A program made the position numbers and the translations under genes. A stretch of 64,000 bases of DNA. Origin: Candidatus Nitrospinota bacterium M3_3B_026 (lineage in GTDB: Bacteria; Nitrospinota_A; UBA7883; JBPRGF01). This document shows, one piece after another, positions 9,905 to 19,457 of this stretch. The stretch covers positions 1-64,000 of the forward strand of contig JBPRGF010000003.1 in the NCBI GenBank assembly GCA_051418015.1, given 5' to 3'. The notes beneath the pieces are model-generated. The model had not been told where the DNA came from and did no database searches. It saw only the letters and a list, made by a program, of their open reading frames with translations. Every line of letters begins with the position of its first letter. Positions within the stretch are counted from its first letter, which is position 1.

Positions 9905-11131
9905 ATGAAGAAAAGCAAACGCACATTGACGCCGAAGCTGCGGTTTCCGGAGTTCCGGGATGGCGAAGGTTGGCGAGAGGTGGCGATCCGGGAAACTGCG
10001 GCCGTGATCGCAGGACAATCACCGAGAGGTGAGTATTACAATGATACCGGCAACGGTACACCCTTCTATCAAGGGAAGACCGACTTCGGAGATGTCTTTA
10101 TCAATCCCCCAACGAAGTGGACCACACAAGTCACCAAACTTGCTCTCGAAGATGACATCCTGATGTCGGTTCGCGCTCCGGTCGGTGCATTGAACGTCAG
10201 TACTCAAGAAATTTGCATCGGCCGAGGCTTGGCTGCTCTGCGGGCGAAGGAAGACAAGTGGTTTCTTTATTACCTGTTGTTGCAGGTCAATCACCTTTTC
10301 GTTGGAAACGGCGGATCGGTGTTCGATTCGATAAGCAAGTCTCAGATCGAAAGCACGCAGATACCCTTCCCGCCATCCCTCCCCGAGCAGGGGAAGATCG
10401 CCGATTGTCTGAGTTCGCTGGACGGGTTGATCACCGCCGAGGGCAGGACGCTGGAGGCGCTCAAGACCCACAAGAAAGGCCTCATGCGGCAACTCTTCCC
10501 CCAACCCGGCCAAACCCAACCCCGCCTCCGCTTCCCCGAGTTCCGGGATAAGGGGGAGTGGAGTGAAAAGAAACTTTCGGAGATTACGTCGGCGATTTTT
10601 GACGGAACGCACCAAACACCCACTTACACCGAAGCGGGGATTCCTTTCTACAGTGTAGAGAATCTGATCAGCGGAAATGCGAACAAGTTTATCTCAAAGG
10701 AAGACTACGACTTAGCGACCACGAAAAACAAGCCGGAGAAAGGCGACATTCTATTGACGCGGATTGGGAAGATTGGTTTTTCGCAGGTCGTCACGTGGGA
10801 TCGCGAATTCAGCGTCTACGTCACACTTGCTGTTATCAAGCGCTCGAGTCAATTCAATTCGCACTATCTGCACTGTCTCATGCAGTCCGACTATTATCAG
10901 TCTGAGTTGCGGTCCAAGTCACTCTCAAACGCCGTGCCACCGAAGATAAATATGGATAGCCTGCGAGAGACGAAAGTGCTTATCCCAATCCCCGCCGAAC
11001 AACAAAAAATCGCCGCCTGCCTCACCTCCCTCGACACCCGGATCGCCGCGCAGGCGGCGAAGGTAGAATCCCTCAAGCAACACAAGCGCGGCCTGATGCA
11101 GCAGCTCTTCCCCGCGCCGGAGGAACAGTAG
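9905..11131 (+). CDS. hsdS: Type I R-M specificity subunit
   Basis: Two LRFPEFRD-initiated TRDs with conserved P...EQ.KIA helices. Confidence 0.96.
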   Translation: MKKSKRTLTPKLRFPEFRDGEGWREVAIRETAAVIAGQSPRGEYYNDTGNGTPFYQGKTDFGDVFINPPTKWTTQVTKLALEDDILMSVRAPVGALNVSTQEICIGRGLAALRAKEDKWFLYYLLLQVNHLFVGNGGSVFDSISKSQIESTQIPFPPSLPEQGKIADCLSSLDGLITAEGRTLEALKTHKKGLMRQLFPQPGQTQPRLRFPEFRDKGEWSEKKLSEITSAIFDGTHQTPTYTEAGIPFYSVENLISGNANKFISKEDYDLATTKNKPEKGDILLTRIGKIGFSQVVTWDREFSVYVTLAVIKRSSQFNSHYLHCLMQSDYYQSELRSKSLSNAVPPKINMDSLRETKVLIPIPAEQQKIAACLTSLDTRIAAQAAKVESLKQHKRGLMQQLFPAPEEQ

Positions 11132-11134
11132 GCC

Positions 11135-12319
11135 ATGCCTGAACCCGTATTCTTCAACGACCTGCCCACGCTGGCGCAGCATCTGCGCGATGAGCTGGAG
11201 AACAAGAAGTTCATCCTGCTCTACGCCTACAATGGCGTGGGCAAAACGCGCCTGTCCACCGTATTCAAGGATCTGGGCAAAACTCGAGTTACAGATCGCC
11301 TTGTCACCGAAGACGGAGATGCGCTCACTACGGAAGACGGTGACGCTCTTGTATCTGACGTAATCCGGAGCGACACACTCTACTTCAACGCCTTCACCGA
11401 AGACCTGTTCACGTGGGACAACGACCTGGACAACGACAGCGAGCGCACCCTGAAGATCAACGCCGATTCCAGGTTCTTCGCAGGCCTCGAAGAATTGGAG
11501 ATGGACACCCGCATCCGCCCATTGCTCGACCGATACGCCGATTTCGATTTCCGTATCGACACCGACAAGTGGGAAGTGGGTTTCTCGCGTGAGGTTCCCG
11601 ACGGCGAGGGCCACAGGACCGAGGACGGCATCAAGGTTTCGCGCGGCGAGGAGAACATCTTCATCTGGTGCTTCTTCCTGGCCATCGTGCAACTCGCTCT
11701 CGATGGGGCGGAGGCGTACGACTGGGTGAAATACGTCTACATCGATGACCCGATCTCGTCGCTGGACGAGCACAACGCCATCGCCGTGGCGACGCATCTG
11801 GCGAGGATGCTCAAGAAAGAGGACAGTACGCTGAAGACGGTCATCTCGACGCACCACACTTTGTTTTTTAACGTGCTGTTCAACGAGTTGAAACGGGCCA
11901 ACAAGTATTTCCTGTGCCGGGATCGAGCGCCCGGCGGTTACGTGCTCCGCAACACCGGCGACACGCCGTTCTTCCATCACGTGGCCGCGCTGACCGAACT
12001 TTACGAGGCGGAGCGTAGCGGGAAACTCTACACGCATCACTTCAACATGCTCCGCGCTATCATGGAAAAGACGGCCAGCTTTCACGGCCATGCGAACTTC
12101 TCCGACTGCATCAGGCAAGGCGAGGACGACATAGACGGCGTCCTGCACGCCCGAATGGTTAACCTTCTGAGCCATGGCAACTACTCGCTATATGAGCCGC
12201 GCGAGATGATGGACGAGAACAAGGAGCACTTTCGTCGCATCCTGCGCGAGTTTATTAGCCGCTACCCGTTCAACCCCAAATTATTCAACGAAGCCGACAC
12301 GAAAGAAGAAGCGATATGA
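11135..12319 (+). CDS. prrC: PrrC-like ABC-ATPase/HEPN anticodon nuclease
   Basis: YAYNGVGKTRLS Walker A, YFNAFTEDLF, KVSRGEE signature, YIDDPISSLD, STHH, C-terminal R...E and RMVNLLSH HEPN residues; embedded in an hsd operon. Confidence 0.88.
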   Translation: MPEPVFFNDLPTLAQHLRDELENKKFILLYAYNGVGKTRLSTVFKDLGKTRVTDRLVTEDGDALTTEDGDALVSDVIRSDTLYFNAFTEDLFTWDNDLDNDSERTLKINADSRFFAGLEELEMDTRIRPLLDRYADFDFRIDTDKWEVGFSREVPDGEGHRTEDGIKVSRGEENIFIWCFFLAIVQLALDGAEAYDWVKYVYIDDPISSLDEHNAIAVATHLARMLKKEDSTLKTVISTHHTLFFNVLFNELKRANKYFLCRDRAPGGYVLRNTGDTPFFHHVAALTELYEAERSGKLYTHHFNMLRAIMEKTASFHGHANFSDCIRQGEDDIDGVLHARMVNLLSHGNYSLYEPREMMDENKEHFRRILREFISRYPFNPKLFNEADTKEEAI

Positions 12320-13935
12320 CTGAAAACGACCAGAAACAACTCGGCAAAATCCTCTGGAACATCGCCGACCAACTGCGCGGGGCAATGAACGCGGACGACT
12401 TCCGTGATTACATGCTGGCATTCCTGTTCCTGCGCTATCTATCGGACAATTACGAGCAGGCGGCCAGGAAAGAACTGGGCAAGGACTACCCCGACCCCAA
12501 CGCAGTAGAAAACGGCGGCCGGACGCCGCTGTTGGTGTGGTACGACGAAAACCCCGCCGACATCGCCGCGTTCGAAAAGCAGATGCGCCGCAAGGCCCAC
12601 TACGTCATCCAGCCAAAGCATCTGTGGGCGAATATCGCCCACATGGCCCGGACGCAGCACGAGAAACTGCTGAACACGCTGCAGGAGGGTTTCAAGGACA
12701 TCGAGAATAAATCGTTCGAAAGCACCTTCTCCGGGCTGTTCTCGGAGATCAACCTCGTCTCGGAGAAGCTGGGCAAGACCTACCAGACCCGCAACGATAA
12801 ACTCTGCACGATCATCACCAAGATCGCCGAGGGGCTGGCCGAGTTCTCGACCGATTCCGATACGCTGGGCGACGCCTACGAATACCTGATCGGCCAATTC
12901 GCCGCCGGCTCGGGCAAGAAGGCGGGGGAGTTCTATACGCCCCAGCGCATCAGCGACATCCTGTCCGCCATCGTCACCCTCGACGGCCAGGATCCCGAGA
13001 CCGGCCCGCGGAAGAAGATGGCAAGCGTGCTCGACTTTGCCTGCGGGTCGGGGTCGCTGTTGCTGAACGTCCGCCGCCACGTGGTCAATGCCGGGGGCAG
13101 CGTCGGCATGATCTACGGTCAGGAGAAGAACATCACGACCTACAACCTTTGCCGCATGAACATGCTGCTGCACGGAGTGAAGGATTCGGAGTTCGAGATT
13201 TACCACGGCGATACGCTGACCAACGACTGGGACATGCTCCGTGAGCAAAACCCGGCGAAGAAGCCGACGTTCGACGCGGTGGTCGCCAATCCGCCGTTCA
13301 GCTACCGCTGGGACCCGAACGAGGCGCTGGGCGAGGACATGCGCTTCAAGAACCACGGCCTGGCACCCAAGAGCGCCGCCGACTTCGCCTTTCTGCTCCA
13401 CGGCTTTCACTACCTCAAAGATGAGGGCGTGATGGCGATCATCCTGCCCCACGGCGTGCTGTTCCGTGGCGGCAAGGAGGCGGCGATTCGCACGAAGCTG
13501 CTCGACGACGGGCACATCGACACGGTGATCGGACTGCCGGCGAATCTGTTCTATTCGACGGGCATTCCAGTGTGCATTCTCGTACTCAAGAAATGCAAGA
13601 AGCCCGATGACGTGCTGTTCATCAACGCTGCCGAGCACTTCGAAAAAGGCAAGCGGCAGAACTATCTGAACCCCAAGCACATCGACAAGATCATCGACAC
13701 CTACCAGCACCGCAAGGAAGAGGAGTTGTACGCCCGGCGGGTCGAGATGGAAGAGATCAAAGAGAACGACTACAACCTGAACATCTCGCGCTATGTCAGC
13801 ACGGCCAAGCCGGAACCGGAGATCGACCTGAAAGCAACCCACGCCGAACTGGTCGAGGCGGAGAAGGAGATCAAGGCGGCCAAGGACAAGCACAACGCGT
13901 TTCTCGAAGAACTTGGCCTGCCGCCGTTGCCGTAA
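12316..13935 (+). CDS. hsdM: Type I R-M N6-adenine methyltransferase subunit
   Basis: GEFYTP, DFACGSG, ANPPF. Confidence 0.97.
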   Translation: MTENDQKQLGKILWNIADQLRGAMNADDFRDYMLAFLFLRYLSDNYEQAARKELGKDYPDPNAVENGGRTPLLVWYDENPADIAAFEKQMRRKAHYVIQPKHLWANIAHMARTQHEKLLNTLQEGFKDIENKSFESTFSGLFSEINLVSEKLGKTYQTRNDKLCTIITKIAEGLAEFSTDSDTLGDAYEYLIGQFAAGSGKKAGEFYTPQRISDILSAIVTLDGQDPETGPRKKMASVLDFACGSGSLLLNVRRHVVNAGGSVGMIYGQEKNITTYNLCRMNMLLHGVKDSEFEIYHGDTLTNDWDMLREQNPAKKPTFDAVVANPPFSYRWDPNEALGEDMRFKNHGLAPKSAADFAFLLHGFHYLKDEGVMAIILPHGVLFRGGKEAAIRTKLLDDGHIDTVIGLPANLFYSTGIPVCILVLKKCKKPDDVLFINAAEHFEKGKRQNYLNPKHIDKIIDTYQHRKEEELYARRVEMEEIKENDYNLNISRYVSTAKPEPEIDLKATHAELVEAEKEIKAAKDKHNAFLEELGLPPLP

Positions 13936-14221
13936 AGCTCTCGGCGCTGCTCAAGCCAGGGAAGGGCTAAGAATAAATGACGAATGAAGAAACAGCACGT
14001 TTCTTTAGCGGCGCCCAGGCATGTATCCCGGGTAATCCCGACCTGCGCGATCCCCAGGTCGAGTGTTGGTTCCGCACGCGCCAGCATTTTCGGAACAATA
14101 CCGAGCATAGGCTTCTTCCGAAAGTGTCTTTTGAACCTGCTATCTGGATGAAGCGGCTTATTCACCCAAGCTGTGTGCGTGTCTGTATGTGCCAATATAT
14201 AGAATTACAGGGAGATAACCC

Positions 14222-15352
14222 ATGCACAAAATGACATTTTTTCCGTTGGGAAACGCCGACTGCTGTCGCATTGATTTGGAGTGCGGCCAAAAAATCCTCT
14301 TTGACTTCGCGGATACGCGTGACCCAGAGGATGAGAACGACTTGCGCTGCGATCTCCCCAAGGAACTCAGGGAAGACCTCGAGGCGTGGAATCGCGACTA
14401 CTTTGATGTTGTGGCATTTAGCCACCTCGACAAAGACCATTTTAGTGGCGCAACGGAATTCTTTTACTTAGAGCACGCTAAGAAATATCAGGGCGAAGAC
14501 CGAATAAAAATGAATGTCATGTGGGTACCTGCTGCCCTCATTACTGAGCAAGGTCCTGATGATGACGAGGCTTGCATCCTCCAGAAAGAGGCGCGTCATC
14601 GCTTTCGAGAAGGGAAAGGCATCCGTGTTTTTTCGCGCCCGGAACGCTTAAGGCAATGGTGCGAGGAGAACGGCATCAAACTCGATGACCGGGTTCGAAT
14701 GATTACTGATGCGGGGGAACTTGCTCCCGAATTCTCACTCTCCACAGATAAGGTCGAGTTTTTCGTTCACTCGCCGTTTGCCTTACGCCAGGACGAAAAC
14801 ACCGTCGAGGACCGAAACGAAGATTCCCTTGTGATGCAAGTCACCTTCGAGATCGACAGGGTCCAGACGAAGGCCATGCTTTTAGCCGATTCAACTCACG
14901 AGATATTATCGGACATCGTGGATATAACAAGAAGTAAGGGCAACGACCATCGTCTCGAATGGGATATTGTCAAACTTCCACACCATTGTAGTTACCTGTC
15001 AATCGGTCCTGAAAAAGGCAAGAGCAAGACCAAGGCTGTTGAACGGGTCGAATGGCTGTACAAGGAGCAGGGACAAGATGGGGCCATTGCGGTTTCAACG
15101 AGTAAGCCAATTCCCGAGGCTGGCACGGATGAGGACAAGGATGATCAGCCTCCGCACCGCCAGGCAGCCGAATATTACAAGGAAGTTGCTACCGACCTCC
15201 GAGGACAGTTCGTGGTTACAATGGAGCACCCGACGCCTAAGGTCCCTAAGCCTATAGTGATTGAAATCGGAAGAAGCAAAGGAACACTCAAGAAAAGTGT
15301 CCTCGGCGCAGCCTATGTGGTCACTTCACAACGCGCCCCGCGGGCAGGTTAA
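14222..15352 (+). CDS. Metallo-beta-lactamase-fold (ComEC-like) protein with C-terminal ...APRAG tail
   Basis: FFPLGNADC, SHLDKDH, N..S, LAD, KLPHHCS motifs; GGAG RBS. Confidence 0.8.
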   Translation: MHKMTFFPLGNADCCRIDLECGQKILFDFADTRDPEDENDLRCDLPKELREDLEAWNRDYFDVVAFSHLDKDHFSGATEFFYLEHAKKYQGEDRIKMNVMWVPAALITEQGPDDDEACILQKEARHRFREGKGIRVFSRPERLRQWCEENGIKLDDRVRMITDAGELAPEFSLSTDKVEFFVHSPFALRQDENTVEDRNEDSLVMQVTFEIDRVQTKAMLLADSTHEILSDIVDITRSKGNDHRLEWDIVKLPHHCSYLSIGPEKGKSKTKAVERVEWLYKEQGQDGAIAVSTSKPIPEAGTDEDKDDQPPHRQAAEYYKEVATDLRGQFVVTMEHPTPKVPKPIVIEIGRSKGTLKKSVLGAAYVVTSQRAPRAG

Positions 15353-15357
15353 AGCGA

Positions 15358-17652
15358 ATGGAAACCGATTTGTTCATACCAGATGGCGAAATCGTGCGTT
15401 TGTGCCAGCTTGAAATCGAGAAGGTTCGTGACCTCGTGCTCATGCTGGATGCGGGTAAGATTCCGTTTGCCAGCCTTGTAGAATGCCGAAAAATAGGCCT
15501 CGTCGAGACGGTCGTCTTCGAGGTGGAGGTTGAGGTCCCTCAGTTATGCCGCTATCAAGTCAGACCCTCAGAGCCGATTGCTGCAACGTTTCACAAGGAT
15601 GATAGCACCTTCCCAATTGTTCACGCACTGCGCAAGGACTTTCCACAGGTTCCCCATCTCAACCTTCACATTCAAGAATTTCCGCGAAATCTTTGCATTT
15701 ACGCCGAACGGTATGAAGAAATCAGACGCCGTTGGACATCCCCGCGCTTCGTTCATCGAATTCGGGATTGGCTTGCACTCACCGCGAGAGGAGAGCTCCA
15801 TCAGGAGGATCAGCCCTTAGAACAAATCTTGATGGATTACGCTGGGCATCTTGTGCTTCCAAGCGGTCTCGTGGAAAAAGTCGATGACGCCCAACCAATT
15901 TTTATTTCTAGCGTTTGTCCTGTTGCAAATGAAAAGCTATTTTTGATTGCCCATCAGCAGCAATCACCAGATGCAGCGTTGGACATCGTTGCCAGCATAC
16001 ACCGATGTCCCCCTCAGACCCACGGAGTAATTTATAAGAGACCCATCACCTTAGCCGATCTGTCTGCTTTGGTTGATCGTGCAGGCCTTGACATTCTTGC
16101 CGAGCTGCGGGGCCGCCTCAAGAATTGGCTGAATACCAAGAAAGCTATTCTTGACTCGCAAATCCTTCTCGTCATCCAGTTTCCTAAAAGAAGAAGTGAT
16201 TATGGGGAGGTTGAAGCCGTAGATACATGGGCTTTCCTTTTAGGGGCTGCGGCAGGAACTGGAGAAAACGCTGGGGACCTTAGAATACGTGATCTTGGTA
16301 TCAGGATCGGGCTCTGGGACATACAGGATAAAGAGGTTGGCCTTCTTCTTAGTCCCGACACGTCGAAACGTGGTGAGAATGTCGGTCTCGATGTCCTCAA
16401 TGTATCTTTCCAGCTTACCCGCTTAACGACTGCCAGCCTCAACGGCTTCAGTACGATAGATGACTTTCGAATTGTCACGATTGGAGCCGGGGCTCTCGGT
16501 TCACAGACACTAATGAACCTTGCTCGCGGCGGATTCGGAACTTGGACCATCGTTGATCACGACCGGCTAATGCCCCACAACATCGCACGACATATGTTGA
16601 CTCGTCATTTCGTCGGATGGAAAAAAGCAGAGGCCGTGGCATTGCTCGCGAACTCGATTGCTGGTGATACAGACCTTTTCACCGCGCTATCGGTGGATGT
16701 GCTGGCACCGGGCGAACGGAATGCAGATATCGTAAAAGCCTTCCACAACGCAGAAGCTATTTTAGATATGTCCACGTCAATCGCTGTTGCGAGAAAAATA
16801 GTCTGTGACGTTGAAAGCGACGCCCGGCGCATATCCCTTTTTCTGACACCATCGGGACGCTCCCTTGTCTTGCTTGCTGAAGGCAAAGGCAGGACGATGC
16901 CACTGGATGCCCTTGAGATGCAATATTATAGGGCTGTAGCCAATAACGATAGGCTGGAAAAACATTTCCAAACAACGGGAAATAGAACACGCTACGGACA
17001 ATCCTGCCGAGATATCACCAGTACACTTCCACAGAACCTCGTAGCACTGCATGCTGCCATCGGAGCTCAGGCGATTAGAAATACGATTAACGATCACAGC
17101 GCAACCGCGGTTGTCTGGCAAGAAGAAAGTTGCGGAAAAGTAGAACGGACAGATATTGAATTAAACCCCGTGATTCATCATCGTATAGAAAGCTGGACTG
17201 TAATCACCGATGAAGGCCTCTTGCAGAAGCTTAGCATGTTCCGTCAAGACAGGCTTCCGAACGAGACAGGCGGCGTTCTACTCGGTTCTTTCGACCTGGA
17301 TAGAAAAATCCTTTACATCGTTGACGCTTTGCCATCACCACCAGATAGTGAGGAATGGCCAACGCTGTACATCCGTGGGCGCAAGGGACTGCGCCAGGCA
17401 GTTGACGCTCTGGAAGAGAAGACTCACGGAATGCTTGAGTACATTGGCGAGTGGCATTCGCACCCTCCAGGTGCTCGGTTGGCAGCCAGTTGTGACGATC
17501 TAAAGGTTTTCGCTTGGCTGACTGAGTTGATGCAGGCTGATGGTTTACCAGGATTGATGATGATCGTAGGCGACCCTGGTCGGACAAGCTGCTATGTAGG
17601 AGAAATCATGAAAGAAGAGAATCTTTTGCCAGAGGCGTCCAGTCATGAATAA
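15358..17652 (+). CDS. Fused prokaryotic E2 - E1(ThiF) - JAB protein (Cap2/Cap3-like)
   Basis: E2: FPQVPHLN...LCIY; E1: GAGALGS, DHD...HNIARH, GQSCRD; JAB: NETGG and EWHSHP...S.DD. Confidence 0.88.
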   Translation: METDLFIPDGEIVRLCQLEIEKVRDLVLMLDAGKIPFASLVECRKIGLVETVVFEVEVEVPQLCRYQVRPSEPIAATFHKDDSTFPIVHALRKDFPQVPHLNLHIQEFPRNLCIYAERYEEIRRRWTSPRFVHRIRDWLALTARGELHQEDQPLEQILMDYAGHLVLPSGLVEKVDDAQPIFISSVCPVANEKLFLIAHQQQSPDAALDIVASIHRCPPQTHGVIYKRPITLADLSALVDRAGLDILAELRGRLKNWLNTKKAILDSQILLVIQFPKRRSDYGEVEAVDTWAFLLGAAAGTGENAGDLRIRDLGIRIGLWDIQDKEVGLLLSPDTSKRGENVGLDVLNVSFQLTRLTTASLNGFSTIDDFRIVTIGAGALGSQTLMNLARGGFGTWTIVDHDRLMPHNIARHMLTRHFVGWKKAEAVALLANSIAGDTDLFTALSVDVLAPGERNADIVKAFHNAEAILDMSTSIAVARKIVCDVESDARRISLFLTPSGRSLVLLAEGKGRTMPLDALEMQYYRAVANNDRLEKHFQTTGNRTRYGQSCRDITSTLPQNLVALHAAIGAQAIRNTINDHSATAVVWQEESCGKVERTDIELNPVIHHRIESWTVITDEGLLQKLSMFRQDRLPNETGGVLLGSFDLDRKILYIVDALPSPPDSEEWPTLYIRGRKGLRQAVDALEEKTHGMLEYIGEWHSHPPGARLAASCDDLKVFAWLTELMQADGLPGLMMIVGDPGRTSCYVGEIMKEENLLPEASSHE

Positions 17653-18430
17653 TTCGTGGCTTAATTATTTCAATCTTAGCGACCATTATGAAAGGAAGGC
17701 CCGGTTCCTTCCCGCAGTACTTTCTGTTCTTCCCTTACTGCCGGTAGCCACTACGTTTGGCGTGCCGCTACTTGAATGGGGAAAGTTGCCCATTGCTGGC
17801 GTAGGGCTTGGAGCGATTGTGGCTGTTGCTCTTTCACATGTTGCGTCAGCATTCGGTAATCGTTTGCAAGACATATTGTGGCCAGATTGGCCCCATGATG
17901 CGCCAACAAACCGATGGCTCCATCCTGATGAGAAATCGGTCTCTATCCAGCAGAAGCAGCACTGGTATCAGGCCATTATGAGTCTCGTTCAAATCGACAT
18001 CCAAAAGGCCGTGGATGCGGAAAAGCCGGATGAGCTCAAGGCGACGATCAATGATGCGGTTAAAGCACTACGGAATAGAATATGGAAGACTCCGGAAGCA
18101 GAGCGTGTGCAGCTTCACAACGTCGATTATGGTTTCGCTCGAAACATTACTGGTCTCAGACCAGTCTGGATGACTTTCGCTTTGAGCAGCCTTGTGGGCT
18201 GTTGGTACGCATATATCTGGGACAGTGGTGCCATTTTATGGGCAATCGTTTCCACGGTCCTCGCGGTCGGAGCACTGGCAATGGCCACTTTGCTTCCTGC
18301 TTACGTGCGCAAGAAGGCGCACTATTATGCCGAGAGCTTTTTTGGTGCTGTTGTCGCCTTAAGTGCTTCAGGAGTGCGGATGCAATCAAAACCCAACGCA
18401 CCGGCGGATTGCGGACAAACAACGCAATGA
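17645..18430 (+). CDS. Membrane protein with about 4 TM helices, putative effector
   Basis: Hydrophobic pairs at both ends, ARFLPA and NVDYGFARN motifs; overlaps the upstream stop. Confidence 0.75.
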   Translation: MNNSWLNYFNLSDHYERKARFLPAVLSVLPLLPVATTFGVPLLEWGKLPIAGVGLGAIVAVALSHVASAFGNRLQDILWPDWPHDAPTNRWLHPDEKSVSIQQKQHWYQAIMSLVQIDIQKAVDAEKPDELKATINDAVKALRNRIWKTPEAERVQLHNVDYGFARNITGLRPVWMTFALSSLVGCWYAYIWDSGAILWAIVSTVLAVGALAMATLLPAYVRKKAHYYAESFFGAVVALSASGVRMQSKPNAPADCGQTTQ

Positions 18431-18437
18431 GGCGATC

Positions 18438-19430
18438 ATGCCAGTAGTGCATTTCCTGAACGTTGGTGACGGTGACTGCTCCATTATCCAGCATGGAAGC
18501 GGCCGTACGACTGTTGTAGACATATGCAATGGTGGAAGCTTTACGCAAAGAGCTCTTTTGGAATCGTTTGGCAGACACATCGGCATCGCCAAGACCGGCT
18601 TAGGGAATTATGGCATGAGAAAATCGCCGACGGAGCCAGTTTCCTATATGAAGGGAATTGCTATCTCGAAAATATTCCGCTTTATCTTGACACACCCTGA
18701 CATGGATCACATGGATGGCTTTAAGGTTTTGTGCGATGAAATCGGCATTCTTAATTTCTGGGATTCGGGGGCTCGAAAAGAAAAACCTTCCTTTTCGGAA
18801 GGACGATACAACGAAGAGGATTGGGATCATTATGTCAGGGTTCGTGATGGTAAGAGCGATGGCGTCACGGTCGTTACACCTAAAGCTCGAAGCCGTTTTC
18901 AATACGCGAACCGTGGCGAGCCGGATGACCGAGGGGATTGCCTTGATATCGTTGCACCGGACTCCGGGTTGGTGACAGCCGCAAACAATTCAGACGACGC
19001 GAATGACGCTTCGTATGTGCTGGTGTATCGAACATGTGGCGGCAGGATCGTATTACCCGGCGATGCCCACGACAACACATGGGAGTACGTTCTGAACAAT
19101 CACAAGGAATTGGTACAAGACTGTGCCGTGCTTATTGCCCCACATCATGGTCGTGATTCTGATCGTTCTTTCGATTTCCTTGATGTTCTCAGTCCCAAAC
19201 TAACCCTATTTGGCTGCGCTCGTTCCGAGCATCTCGCCTACGACGCGTGGAACAGCCGCAATTTAGTCCATATAACAAATAACCAAGCCGGTAACATACT
19301 CTTGAATGGTACAAACGCGGGTATCGAGGTATTCGTCGAAAACCTGAGCTATGCCCAAAATTACGATGGATTTGATAATTCGAAGACCCTTTATGAGTGT
19401 TTTTACATTGGTGCCGTTTCAAAGGACTGA
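18438..19430 (+). CDS. Second ComEC/Rec2-like metallo-beta-lactamase-fold hydrolase
   Basis: HFLNVGDGDC, THPDMDHMDG, NDAS, PGD, PHHG. Confidence 0.85.
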   Translation: MPVVHFLNVGDGDCSIIQHGSGRTTVVDICNGGSFTQRALLESFGRHIGIAKTGLGNYGMRKSPTEPVSYMKGIAISKIFRFILTHPDMDHMDGFKVLCDEIGILNFWDSGARKEKPSFSEGRYNEEDWDHYVRVRDGKSDGVTVVTPKARSRFQYANRGEPDDRGDCLDIVAPDSGLVTAANNSDDANDASYVLVYRTCGGRIVLPGDAHDNTWEYVLNNHKELVQDCAVLIAPHHGRDSDRSFDFLDVLSPKLTLFGCARSEHLAYDAWNSRNLVHITNNQAGNILLNGTNAGIEVFVENLSYAQNYDGFDNSKTLYECFYIGAVSKD

Positions 19431-19457
19431 GGAAATATTGCTAGATAGAGAAATGAA

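Noticed and set aside
9935..10550. Repeated LRFPEFRD coding sequence in hsdS as a phase-variation shufflon
   Set aside because: Normal internal symmetry of HsdS; no extra TRDs or invertase nearby
7243..13893. Long antisense ORFs (657, 484, 416 aa) opposite hsdR, hsdM and prrC
   Set aside because: Shadow frames caused by strong GC3 bias; no recognisable motifs. The same applies to the many overlapping ORFs in the GC-rich core region
13977..14234. 85-aa ORF upstream of the first MBL as a possible ubiquitin-like protein
   Set aside because: No beta-grasp pattern, no C-terminal Gly, no clear RBS; probably promoter region
14222..19430. Calling the operon CBASS or Pycsar
   Set aside because: No CD-NTase or nucleotide cyclase motifs in any of the genes
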